From Neodothiora populina (lineage: Eukaryota), in the NCBI RefSeq assembly GCF_041146345.1, contig NW_027191411.1, positions 1,922,001 through 1,986,000 on the forward strand: a DNA stretch of 64,000 nt, read 5' to 3'. Made by a program: the position numbers and the translations under genes. A model generated the notes under the pieces. It made no database searches, had not been told where the DNA came from, and saw only the letters and a program-made list of their open reading frames with translations. This document shows positions 11,189-23,919 of the stretch, in pieces (position 1 is the first letter of the stretch; each line of letters starts with the position of its first letter).

Positions 11189-13289
11189 GGTCGTGGTAAT
11201 GGATGGCAGTGATTGTATCTCGAGGAGTATCCTATGATTGGTGTTTTCTTTCTAGCACAAAGTAAGGTATATAGAAATCCCAATAGATCTATACCAATCT
11301 AGTGATAGCCAAACAAGTATTGCGCGTTGTCGAGCTGATATATCGCAACCCTGTTCCACTCATTATATACCTCCTCCTTACCTTCCTCTCCACAGATTGG
11401 ACAACAACAATGAGCCATATACCTCCTCCGCTGTACCTCCTGCAATTCCCCTCCACACCATAATGTCGAAGCGCGTCCATTATTTCCCTCTCCCTCACAT
11501 GAAACGTCGGTCTAAGAAAATCACGCAAACCAAGTGGCACATGTCAACACATCCCCTTCAAAGCGGTGTTTTTCTGTCCCACCCTATCCATCCAATGACA
11601 CGAAAAGACTAGCGAAGGCAGGAAGAAAAAACGAGACAGCGCATGAGCAAGACTGCGCGATATAAACCCCACGCGCGAAATTGCGAGATAAACATACCCA
11701 TCTGTCGTTTCCAAGCGGCGGTGGGAAACTCGAAATGTGAAAAGCTATTTTACCCCAGCCGGGGACCAGAAAGTCTATCTTTTTATGGGTTTGACTGACT
11801 CCAGGTTGCGTTTGCTGCACAGCCTCGATGCCTGCCTGCCTCTGTTTCCCCCGGGGTTTAATGGCTGTGATACTACCCTCGGGGAACCGATAGAGCTGCC
11901 GAGCTAGATACCATACTGTCATCGCCGGACTCGAATGTAGATATAATTTTTCGTATAGGTGGTATATGCCTCACCTGGGTATAAAAGATGGAACAGCGTA
12001 TAGTAATGTAAGAACCAACTCGCCGCGACGATATGCATGTCGTCAGGAGCGACACTACTGCCACTACACACAGTCAGCTCGAAAGGAGCGAGAAGCTGCA
12101 AAACCGCGCAGACACATTCCTGCCACTGTTCGGTTCTGCTCGATCATTCCCGTTAGCGATGGGCACAAGGATGGAGACATGCAAGATATCGTCATCGCTT
12201 CGATCGCACCGTCTCGAGTCACCGACTCTCGAGTCAGTATATGAGATTGTATGCGCGAATAAGTGGATGAGTCCATATTCCCCCATCCGACACAGCCTCT
12301 TCCCCTTGCTCGTCCCCTTGCCCTTCTAATTCTCCAATCCGCATCGACGGGTTCTGAAGTCTTCCTCATGTCCCTTGCCTGCCTTCGTAACAATACTGTG
12401 ATAACGTTCCCTTCCTGCCATATCCCCTCAGACAGGCAGACGATGGCAGAACAAAAGAGACCGCGACCAAGTGAGACAAGTAACGATTGCACCTCCGTGA
12501 AGATCGAAGACAAAGACAAGCTTCGAGAGAGACCCGTACGTACGCTTCACTGCGTCAAACTTCGCTAACGGTCAGGAGGCGAGGGAAGAAAAAAGCTTAG
12601 TGGTGCTTGATTTCGCTTTAGGTTAGTCCTAAGGGGTTTGTCCCTTTTTTGTTGTATAGCACTGTTGACGCACATGTTGCGTATGTCAGGGTTGAACTCT
12701 GGGTCACGAGTGCTGTTCTCTAGATATTGTAGGGTACTGATCTATGTTGGGGGAGAGTTTCCTCGCTCTAGGTATCATGGAACGACGAGGTGCATGACTG
12801 TGCTTGGGGTACTAGAGTCACGTCACGATCATAGGTGGCAAGGCACTGGAAAAGGGAGATAGATTCAATCTGCCTATGTAAACCAACGTACCGTCGACTG
12901 GCGATAGCAAGGCAAAGCAAAAAGTGATGATCGATTCAACGTATAGTAATGATTGTATCGAGTCATGAGAAAAGAAGACCACCAAAAGGGGTTAAGATAT
13001 CTGCTACAAATGTCTGAACGCTAGAATCAAACAAAACAAAAAGCCGAGATGTTTGCAAGAAAGTCGACAAGATTCCTTTCTCTTTGATGCAAGTTGTGCA
13101 TCTTGTGTCGTGTCACCTAAGCAGGTGTCACTTCACCTAAAACAGGAGACAACAACAGAGCCGCGTATCATATTGTCGAAATTGTTCGACGATAAGCCCT
13201 TGCTTTCCACCATGTAGATTCGATATCCTAAAAAGGCACAGCCTCTCCGTGTGTAGTGGTGATAGCAGCAATAGTAGTAGTGGTGCAGT

Positions 13290-14066
13290 TCAGAGACTGG
13301 GAACGAGATTCTCTGGTGGTCCAGCGTCGTCCTGAGGTGTGAAGTAACACACGAAACACTGAACTGCAAGTGCATCCGGTGCGAGTTTGGTGCCATCGGC
13401 CTCTTCAATGTAGAACCTGACTGAGCCGCTGCCGATGTACCAAACTTCATCTCGATTGACAGACATGTTGATTCGGCCATGCTGCCTGGGGTGGACTGTT
13501 TCAATACGCAGAGTGACACCTTGCGCCGTCCAGATGGGTGTCAACATGATGTTGTAAGGTGACTTTACCTCGATGTATGGACGAGAAGCGTCTGCGGGTT
13601 TACGGATCGCGAGCGTAGTTTCTGGCTTCAGCCGGCGGCCCATAACCGGAGAATCGTTATTCAGATATGTGTAGACACCAGTCTCGATGGCGGTATGTTC
13701 GTCCATCCAGTCCCAGAGAGCTTCGAACAGATATCTCGTATGTTCACAAACAACCTCTCGCCAAGCTGTGTCCACTTCCGGGGGTACTTCGAGCTCGGTG
13801 TCGTCGAGCGTCTGGCACTGTCTGGAGGCGATCCTACTTTCTTCTAGTGCTTCGCGCACAAGTGCCCTCAGATCGTCTGATGAATCTGACCCATGCCCAT
13901 GCAGCCAAACGTCTCTCAGTGCTTCAAGCTCTGAGAGCCAACGAGGTGCAACATCCTCTACGGAGGACGTGGAAGCAGCAGGGGCGCCAAGACGGATCTT
14001 GTGCAATCGAGGGAAATAATCGAATCTATAGCTGCTGTTGCTCAAAGCGTCAATGATGGAGTACAT
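13290..14066 (-). CDS. Hypothetical protein, 258 aa, no family recognised
   Basis: Uninterrupted ATG-initiated ORF with globular-protein composition and a TTATAA element at about 14200 upstream. Confidence 0.65.
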   Translation of the reverse strand: MYSIIDALSNSSYRFDYFPRLHKIRLGAPAASTSSVEDVAPRWLSELEALRDVWLHGHGSDSSDDLRALVREALEESRIASRQCQTLDDTELEVPPEVDTAWREVVCEHTRYLFEALWDWMDEHTAIETGVYTYLNNDSPVMGRRLKPETTLAIRKPADASRPYIEVKSPYNIMLTPIWTAQGVTLRIETVHPRQHGRINMSVNRDEVWYIGSGSVRFYIEEADGTKLAPDALAVQCFVCYFTPQDDAGPPENLVPSL

Positions 14067-16154
14067 GATACCGAAGAGTTTGGATGATGATGTGCTTTGG
14101 GGGATGAAGTGACAATGTGTGAGAATGACACAGAAAATTTGTCAGACCAGAGGCAGGAGCGTGATTAGGTATGAAAGAACAGAAGAGACATACGGTCACT
14201 TATAACCGCGGCCATAGTGACACCGGCCAGAATGTCATGCAAGGAGGCATAGATTGAATAGACCAGAGCAGGTCGTGTGCGAAAGGTTCGAGGTAGGACC
14301 AACTTCCCTCACCTCGCCAGGCTGCATAGAAGATGATCTATCAACGGCAAAAGATTGAGGTGTCTGTGGTCGAATATGAGTGTTGTGGAACATCGTTTAG
14401 CGACATGAAGGTCTTGTAGACTCCACCCTCTCTTGCCTGCTCATGCGTACCCTCATCCCTGCGGTGTTTGTGAAGATGCAGGGAGGCAGAAATGTCATTG
14501 ACAAAGTTGGCAAAGACCGTGCACAACACTCGCGAGCCTCGATAAGCAGTAGGATCGTATGAAGACGCTCGGGAGCTGCACATGTAGTAGGACTGGCCGA
14601 TTGCCGGTACCTAATCGAAGATCGACAGGTGTGACAACTGGAAGGCACTTTACGAGTCAGGACACATGCTTAAATCGATCGAAACCTCCCGCACTATTCC
14701 ACATACGTTCTCAGTGGCTGAAGCTGCGCTATACGTGCGAAGTGGATGTCGATAGGGAGATTCTACGTTGCGCCTGGTCATGTCTCAGAAGTTTCGAGGT
14801 GATTATCTTTCTCGTCCGTCTCGAGTCGTAGTGGATATCATGTGAGCTCCTCGATGTCCATGGCCGAGTCTGTTTGAGCAGCGGATCAGACTTGCGCATC
14901 CAGCGGCAAAACAATGGACAACAACAACTTGGGGACGGTTCAGCAGCAAGTAAACATGTACCGCATATCCCTGCGTAAACCTGAATCTCTACATGAGAAC
15001 TGGTAACACGACATAATGAACGTGTCAGTGGGCTGCCAGGCCTCTAACCAGGTCATGGTACTGTGGATTCGCGTGCAACCCTCTTCACCATTCAAGCGTT
15101 CCCACCTGCATCGAAGAGGATCTTTCAAACAACGGCCAGGGGGGATACGGTGCCTGGTTGATGGTATACAAAAACGGAATGATTCATTGATCAGGGTGGC
15201 GTGACTGGGCTAGTCAACGGGAAGGCATCACATGACTATCCGGTCTTAAGGTCAGAAATGGTAGATTCCTTTCTGTAGAGCCAATATGATTGTACAATCA
15301 TCAGGCCTGTACTTGAGATTTTTATCCGTTTTCTAACGACGGTAGTGTGATGGCAACCACCAAAGGTGGATTTGGAGTGTTGTTTGACCAATATTCTCTT
15401 GATCTATTGCTTTGTGTTTTTCTCGGTTGCTACATCGATCAGTGTTGACGATATAATGTCCCAATAAGACTTGGGTGGACTTTTGTTGGTCCGGAGAGTG
15501 GTAGATGGATCAACACAGCCTGTTGCATATCACGCGTATCAGCCGCGCGAGGCGGCCGGCGGCTTCAGGCGCATGATTGTTGAGGTTCCAAATGAAGGTG
15601 ATAAGAGAACCGCGTTTGTGAGGCGCATATGGAAGATGCGATGGATGGTTTCAAGAGGCGAGGTCGGGTGCTGAGGTGGCGGGTGCGCCTTCTCCACTCG
15701 TATTTGTTTACGTCTTCGATACTCTATCTCCCACAAGCGCAGCGACCTGTGCACGGCAGCCATATGCGTCGTAGCACGGCAATCATTTGCTAATCCCATC
15801 CCTGCTCTTCGATGCAAGCTGTCGAAGGTCAACATCAGAAACAACAAGTCAACTAGGCAGATAGCAAAACAATTTGTCGAGTTGCGAGATTATTTCATTC
15901 ATGTTGCTTCTAAAATCTGCCAGATGACGGTCCATGCACCTCTAGCACCATCAATGACATTTTACTTGCATGCAGTGCAGCTTTCTCGTGACCAGAGATA
16001 AAAAGAAAAAAACACCCCTCCCCGCAAAGCAGCAAGTTTCAGAAAAGCGCCATGAGCCGTTAATGATATGCCCAAATAATTCCTTCCCAATGTTTGTCAA
16101 CTAGTCTTTCGCCACCAGCCAGCGAAATCAAAAAGTCAATTAGAATCTACGAAC

Positions 16155-18140
16155 TTAAGCGCTGAATTCCTTGATACCCTCGTGGTACTTGCCGGGGACA
16201 AGAGCGAGAGGGACGATGCCAGAGACGTGCATCTCGGGGCCGAAGACCTTCATGTTGAGGCCGAGCTCGACAGCGACGCTCTTGATGTTCTTGAGACCCT
16301 CCTGGTAGTTGGGGCCTGCACGACGCACCCAGATGGCAACGTTGTGCTCGATGAGCAGAGGAGCGACCTCGCGGAGAGCGCGAATGACACCCTTGAATGT
16401 AGATGCAACCTGACGAGCGTTAGACACGGAGTAGCTGCAGCTGCTGAGAAATAAAACTTACGTTGGTGAAGTTGGCAATACCGCCACCGATGAAGAGGAC
16501 CTTGCCCTCGGGGTGCATGGGAGCCCTCAACATCAGGTCGAAGACAGTGCGGGCGTAGTGGAAAGTCTGGGTCTCGGTGGGTGCACCAGAGTATTCACCG
16601 TAGTTGGCAAGCTCACCGGCGAAACCAGCAGAGGCGATGGCATCGGCGTAGACGACGGAAGCACCACCACCAGCGACGAGGGTCCAGACACGGCCGGAGG
16701 CGTTGAGGATGGTCAACTTGAGAGAAGCACCGGTCTTGGCGTCCATGTCGGCAATGTAAGCCTCCTCCTTGGTCAGCTCACGACCGAAAGGAGCGGGGAA
16801 CTCCATTGGTGGGCCAGCATCGATGGTGACCTTGCTGGGCGCAGCAGCAGTGATGCCGAGGGCAGTGTTGGAGCGGGCAATGGCCCACTTAACACCGCAC
16901 TCGAACTCGGCGGTCTGGTCAAGCTTGGCAGCGAGATCGAGGAAGTGAACCTCTGCAGAGGTGGCGTCGGCGTTGGGGATGACAACAAGAGGGTTGATCT
17001 CGAGGTAAGTAAACTGGCAGTCGACGTAGACGGCATAGAGGCGGGAGATGAAGTCAACGAGGACATTGTGCACGCCCTGGGGGACCTTGGAGAGGAGGGT
17101 GGAAGCGATGACCTCGTTGGAGGGGTACTCGGAGAGGTCGACCGGGATCAGGAGCTTCTCGGCCTTCTCGTCGACATCACCAACGTCGACACCGCCCTCG
17201 TGAGTGAAGAGAATCCAGTCACCCTATTGGAACAAGGCATTAGCGAGGCTGGTATAGATAAAAGGGGATGGATAAGCGTGTGATGCGGCGACTAGAACGA
17301 AGCGAGGGTGATGATCAGGGAAAGCTTGTGAGATTGCAGACGGGTAGATCCGCAGCATCACGATCGGGAGAGAGTGGTCTAATGCAGGCACCGATACTTT
17401 GGTGAAGCACAAGAGGGAGGATAGTCAGGATGGAGCGTGCTTGCTGGGGGAGGAGAGGGTCAGAGTGGGTGGGTGGATCCGCCCATGTGCTCCTGCTCCA
17501 TTGATCCGGCGGTAAAATAGCCGGGGTGAAGCCACCGCCTGCGCAAACGTGACTTTCACATGCAAGCAGCGCCAACACATTTGGGCCAATGCAATTTCCT
17601 CCCCTTTTCGCGTTTGCGTAATAATAATAAAAAACCCTCTCTGTTTTTTCTTTCTTTTTTCTGGTGAATGAAATCAAAAACAATATTCAAACGACTTACC
17701 TCGCGGACGGACATGATGTTGATGTAGTATTCGCAGTCTTGCGAGTGAGGAACAAAGGGCTCGACGAGGAATTGTCTGAGGTAGCCCTCGACGTGCTCAA
17801 CCTTCTGCAGAGTGCCGGCGCGTGCCTCGATCCACTCTCTGGCCTCTGGCCAGGTCTTGTTCAGGGCGAGGAGACCGCTCTTGCCTCGTCTCTTGATCAG
17901 CTGATCGGGCTTTGCGACAAACTTTGAGCCAGAGACGAGCAGCCACGGGTAGGTGACCTCTGCCTGGTCGAGGACATCCTTGACCGTCTTGTCCTCGGGA
18001 AAGTGTAGAGAGGCAAGCTTGGGGGCAGGGTTGTGGGTCGACGAAGGCGGTAGAGGAGTGGGCTTGATGACTGAAGCTCGCGTGAGGTGGTAGTTCAGGA
18101 TGGCTTTGCCATCGGCCTCGAGAATCGACTTTGCGGACAT
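16155..18140 (-). CDS. acl2: ATP-citrate lyase subunit 2 (ATP-grasp / citrate-binding half)
   Basis: [60 protein letters not shown]. Exons 18140-17700, 17223-16462 and 16409-16155. Confidence 0.97.
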
Positions 18141-18822
18141 TTTTTACGTTCGAGATCTGGACGGAGAGAAGATGGTGAGCAAGAGAGGGGTTTGAGAAGA
18201 GTCTCGAGGCTACAGCACAGAGAGAAGGAGCAAAGTGCACGAGGTGGTGAGAAGAGAAAGGGTGCGAGTGAATGGAGAATGCAGTGCAAGGCGAGGCAAG
18301 GCTGGAATCAGAACCGATGATGGTGGTAGAGATCAAGGTGGTGTTTCGGCATGTGTCCAAATGTCTTCGGCCTCGGAGCTCAACACAACCACACGAACCG
18401 GGTGGATCATGCTGATTCCACACAATCTCCAGCAAAGCGATCAAAAAGTCCGAAGCTGCAACTCTTCGCTTCGGCACGATTCGAATGACTCTGCAGCAGG
18501 TTGCACCCAATTTTGGAACAATTCTTGGACGATTCTGGATTCGGCTGCCGAAGATGCGGGAAACGGAAGGAGCTGAAGCTTACATACCTGCGGCTGATGA
18601 AGAAGAAGAGAAACTCGTGAACCGGATGGATGGAGGAGAGAGGGAGAATAAAAAGTCCGAAGAAATAAGAGATGGAACAGTCAATGGTCAATGGAAGCAA
18701 CGACGACGACGACAATAAAGTTGTAGAGGTATGGAGGGGACGACTCAAGGGCTTTGTTGCTCGGACAATTTCCTACGACAATACGCAAAAGGTGAGCTTT
18801 CCAGGATTCTCTCGGGCGGCAC

Positions 18823-18858
18823 GAAGCTGAAGCTGAAGCTGAAGCCGAAGCCGAAGCT
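18823..18858. repeat. (GAAGCT/GAAGCC)x6 hexamer tandem in the acl2-acl1 intergenic region
   Basis: gaagctgaagctgaagctgaagccgaagccgaagct read directly. Confidence 0.85.
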
Positions 18859-20504
18859 CTCTTTCTTGCTGAGACGTGGAATTATTGAATTATGGAGCTT
18901 GGCCTTTCCTGTCCATCAGGGCTACCGAGTGAGGTGGCTAAAGCTAAGCGCTCTACAAAAAATGGACAGAAAATGAGCCCCCTCCCCTTGCCGGAAGCAC
19001 TCGAAATTGACGCTAAAGCGGGCGGGGCGGTCGTCGGGCTGTCTCTAATCTTGTTGGGTGCTAGATCGGCGTCTTGACCCAATTCACCGAGTCACTGGAA
19101 TCACTGTGGCAGCAAACGGGTGAACACTGAACACGCATCACGGTGCATACACATATCGTTGGCCACCGGATGGGACTCTTGACCAGAGGTACGGTGACAT
19201 CTATTGATATCTATTGACAAGCAACAGATTGTCGCTGACCCCAGTACAGTGACAAGCAGGATGCAGGATGGCTCAACACGAGCTAAGGCCTACCGTTGTG
19301 CCTTGTCGACTCGGTCGCGTGGGGTAAGCTACTGTACCGTACTGGATTGTTTACCGAACAGTGCAGTGCATTCCACTCACCGAGCTGCACTGTACAGTAC
19401 CCTGGATCTTGCAACCCCACCAATCAGGACTTTATTATTGTCATTGATGGTAATAGTGTTGTCTCTGAGAAGATACAAGAGGGAAAGGTAAGGTAATTAT
19501 CTGCTCAACCAAACCTGCCCAGGTAGGTAGATTATGGTGGTATCGCAATTTCAATTACAGGTAAGTAAAAAAAAAAAATGGTTCGATTTTCCAAGGCTCC
19601 CAAGCTGCATCGCAATATCCGGCAAAGGTAAGAAATGAGGAGACCCGAGCTTTTTTTTTTCCCTGTCTGTCATTCTGGCAAGCTGTCACCAGTGAGCGGC
19701 GAGCGACGAGCGGCAATCGGAGCAGAGTGGGACAGAATGAGCAAAAGTCGGACGATTTGAGGGGGTCCAGAGGGAAGGATTTGGGGTCTTTTTCGGGGTC
19801 CGGTCGCGGTGTTCTGTTCTCTTGACAAGAAGCCACAGGAACCTGAACCTAACGCTCCACAAAATGCTCGGAGCTTTTCATAGCTTTGCCTCGTCACGCT
19901 AACGCTCAACTGGGAACTCGGCGGGTACAGCTTGCATTATTTCGGACTTTGTTGAACAACACCTCGAAAGAAGGAATTACAGAAGTGTCAAGCAGAAAGA
20001 GTCGATATTATCGTTCTGTTCCATTTCAGAGCAAGCCAGCCTCGTTGTTCACCCACAAGTTCGCATTGTCCTGCTCTCTGGCCATCTGCTTTCAACACAA
20101 AGAAAGGTACAGTACCTTCCTCACCTCACCCTGCCTGCCTAACCCTGCCCAAGCCGGCCTCTCTCTCTCTATACCATTCCCGCTGTCTACTCTCTGACCC
20201 ATTGTTTTTCTCACACCCCTCCCCTCTCTCTATCTTTCCCTCCCATTCCCCCTTCTGTCCCTCTATCACTGTTATATTTCCAAACAGTAAGTGTCGCGTC
20301 GCCCAGCTATATACAACTCCTCAAGCATTGCTCTTCCCCCACACACAAAAGGTTGCAGCCTTGAAAATCTCCATGTCCCAGAGAGCTCCCACAGAGCTCT
20401 TGCCGGACCTGTCACAGCTTCTATTACAGCCACGCGACTTCCCTTTTTACAGTCTACCTTATCTTAGTCACTTGATTTGAATTTCTCTCCTTTCTCGTCT
20501 CTCT

Positions 20505-20554
20505 TCATCATCATCATCATCATCATCATCATCGTCATCATCATCATCGTCATC
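20505..20554. repeat. (TCA)n microsatellite upstream of acl1
   Basis: About 16 TCA/TCG units. Confidence 0.9.
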
Positions 20555-20644
20555 AACCACACACATTTGCTGATCAATTCCATCTCCAGATTGGATTCCG
20601 CATCCGATTGAGCTGAGATATAGACGACAGCAAGACACACAAAT

Positions 20645-22800
20645 ATGCCTGCCGCCACCTCGACCTCCGCGCCCAACGGTGCCAATGGCACCCCCGTCGC
20701 CGGCCCCAACGACAACATCACCCGCTTCTCTGCTCCCAGCCGAGCACTGAGCCCGACGCCGCAGCACACTCTCTTCCACCCCAAGACGAGATGTTTCGTC
20801 TACGGTCTCCAGACCAAGGCGGTGCAGGGCATGCTCGACTTTGACTTTATCTGCAAGCGCAAGACTCCCTCGGTCGCCGGTATCATCTACACCTTTGGCG
20901 GTCAATTCGTCAGCAAAATGTGCGTATTCATGCAGAGACATACAAGAAAGAGGGACTTAACACAAACAAAACAGGTACTGGGGAACCAGCGAGACGCTCC
21001 TGCCCGTCTACCAGTCGACAGAGAAGGCCATGGCCAAGCACTCGGACGTCGACACCGTCGTCAACTTTGCTTCTTCTCGTTCCGTCTTCCAGTCGACCAT
21101 GGAGCTCATGGAGTTCCCTCAGATCAAGACGATCGCCATCATCGCCGAGGGTGTCCCCGAGAGAGTGAGTCTGTCCGAAGGAAAAAGAAGCTACGAGTGC
21201 TGACTTGAGATAGCGCGCCCGCGAGATCCTCCACGTCGCCAAGAAGAAGGGCGTCACCATCATCGGTCCCGCCACGGTCGGAGGCATCAAGCCCGGCATG
21301 TTCAAGATTGGAAACACTGGAGGTATGATGGACAACATTGTCGCCTCGAAGCTCTACCGCGCCGGCTCCGTCGGCTACGTGTCCAAGTCCGGCGGCATGT
21401 CCAACGAGCTCAACAACATTGTCGAGCAGACGACCAACGGCGTCGCCGAGGGCATTGCCATTGGCGGTGACCGATACCCCGGCACGACCTTCATCGACCA
21501 CATGCTCCGCTACCAGGAGGACCCCAACATCAAGATCCTCCTGCTTCTCGGAGAGGTCGGTGGTGTCGAGGAGTACCGTGTCATCGAGGCGGTCAAGGAG
21601 GGCCGCATCACCAAGCCCATTGTTGCCTGGGCCATCGGCACCGTCGCCAGCATGCTCAAGACGGAGGTGCAGTTCGGCCACGCCGGCTCCATGGCCAACT
21701 CGCAGCTCGAGACTGCCTCGGCCAAGAACAAGGCGATGAAGGAGGCTGGTTTCCACGTGCCAGACACCTTTGAGGATCTCCCCGCTGCTCTCTCCGACGT
21801 CTACCAGAAGCTCGTGGCCGACGGCACCATCAAGCCCCAGCCCGAGCCCGCCGTGCCCAAGATCCCCATCGACTACTCTTGGGCGCAGGAGCTCGGTCTC
21901 ATCCGCAAGCCCGCTGCCTTCATCTCGACCATCTCCGACGACCGTGGCCAGGAGCTCCTCTACGCCGGCATGCCCATCTCCGAGGTCTTCAAGGAGAACA
22001 TCGGCATCGGTGGTGTCATGTCTCTCCTGTGGTTCCGCCGCAGACTGCCCGACTTTGCCAGCAGATTCCTCGAGATGGTGCTCATGCTCACTGCCGATCA
22101 CGGTCCCGCTGTGTCCGGTGCCATGAACACGATCATCACCACTCGTGCCGGCAAGGATTTGATCTCTGCTCTCGTCTCTGGTCTCTTGACCATTGGTTCT
22201 CGTTTCGGCGGTGCCCTCGACGGTGCCGCTGAGGAGTTCACCAAGGCCTACGACAAGGGTCTTTCTCCCCGTGACTTTGTCGACACGATGCGCAAGGAGA
22301 ACAAGCTCATCCCCGGTATCGGTCACCGTGTCAAGTCGCGCAACAACCCCGATCTCCGTGTCTCTCTCGTCAAGGACTTTGTGCACGCAAACTTCCCCAA
22401 GACTCCTCTTCTCGACTACGCCATCGCCGTCGAGACCGTCACCACCTCGAAGAAGGACAACCTGATCCTGAACGTCGACGGTGCCGTTGCTGTTGCCTTT
22501 GTCGATCTTATGCGCAACTGCGGCGCTTTCTCCCCCGAGGAGGCCGAGGACTACCTTAAGATGGGTGTCCTCAACGGTCTGTTCGTTCTCGGCCGTTCCA
22601 TTGGTCTGATTGCCCATTTCCTCGACCAGAAGAGACTCCGCACCGGTCTCTACCGTCACCCTTGGGACGACATTACCTAGTGAGTTTTTTCTGCTGTGAC
22701 ATTACGAATTCCCGCTGACTCTTTTTTCTCTCACAGCCTCCTTCCTTCCCTCGCCAAGGGCGCCCCCGGAAACGAGGGCCGTGTCGAGGTCCAGGTGTAA
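20645..22800 (+). CDS. acl1: ATP-citrate lyase subunit 1 (CoA-binding / ligase / citryl-CoA lyase half)
   Basis: [19 protein letters not shown], phospho-His motif [21 protein letters not shown]. Introns 20920-20974, 21165-21213 and 22680-22736. Ends ...EGRVEVQV*. Confidence 0.97.
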
Positions 22801-23126
22801 GAAAGCACATGTCGGGATTGAGAGCGGGGCACGAAAGATTTCCTTCTTCTTCTCGCGTTCGTCGTTTTACACTACTGGACAGTGGAGAAATATATTGGGG
22901 AATGGAGTTTTTACCTTTTTGTTTTGGTTGAATCTGCACAATCCGGTACTACATGGAGGCGGGGGAGCTGGAGTCACGCATGACAACGCAGATTTGTTTG
23001 GAAGTCGTTCATAAGAAGCAAAAACCAAAGCCTCTTGAAGATCATGAAACAAACAAGATAGCATTAATAGCCATCATTTTCGCCACCACTTGACTTTTGT
23101 GACGAGACGTGCGTCGAGGTGACTAG

Positions 23127-23785
23127 TCCTACGCGGACGGCGCCACTGCGTGGTGCCTGACTCTTCTGTTCTACAAGGCGTCGAAAGTAGGGGGATAGCA
23201 GTCCTACGCGGACAGCGCCACTGCGTGGAGCCTTTCATTCATTCGTCTCCATTCCCTCGGCCAAGTCAGCGGCTACTACTGTAGTATATCAAAAGCACCC
23301 AGGTCTCGCGTAGAGTCTTCCTTCTCTTCTGATCAGAAAGAACGGCGTTTGTCCTGGACGAACGGACAGGGTTACTGTGTCTTCGAGCCTCTACTCGTAC
23401 GGTATTGGGGTCAAGGTCGGGATACATTCCTATTCTAAGAACGATCCCATCAATAAGAGAAGAAGAGTCTTGCGAAGGTCAAGGTATGGTTCAGTGTACG
23501 ATAGATATGCATATTGTGATATTGACGAAATAGCGCATCTCAGACAGCAGTTAGGAGTGAAGCAGCCATGGTGGATTGGCTGATTTTCTTCGCTTCGCTT
23601 AGGGTACTTCCGTTCTCGTATGAGGATTTGATTTGAGTCAGGAGTGCTCGGAATGGTGGCTATCGAGTAGAAGAAAAGAAGGCACCACGCAGTGGGCGCC
23701 GTCCGCGTAGGATCCCATTGCTCTGATCACTTTATAAAGCCGACGAAAGAGAGGGCTCCACGCAGTGGCGCTTGTCCGCGCAGGA
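23127..23785. mobile_element. Putative non-autonomous element (MITE-like) bounded by four ~32-bp hairpin-forming repeats, two direct and two inverted
   Basis: TCCTACGCGGAC(G/A)GCGCCACTGCGTGG(T/A)GCCT at 23127-23158 and 23202-23233. Reverse-complement copies at 23680-23712 and 23753-23785. No coding capacity recognised and no clear TSD. Confidence 0.55.
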
Positions 23786-23919
23786 CATGCACTACTAGAT
23801 CTGTGCAGGTGTATCATCGCACGACCTTGTGGTTAAGACAGGGAATGAGACAAGTTTGCTTCTCGAATTCGTGAAGGACTAGATACCGGATCATACTTTT
23901 GTCGTTGCTATCATCATCA

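Noticed and set aside
21139..22659. 506-aa minus-strand ORF
   Set aside because: Antisense shadow of the codon-biased acl1. The same applies to 16513-17283 (acl2), 28926-30242 (importin-9) and 40037-41488 (CoA-transferase).
23127..23785. CRISPR-like repeat-spacer pattern (~32-bp repeats, ~43-bp spacer)
   Set aside because: Only two units per orientation, inverted halves, eukaryotic context and no cas genes.
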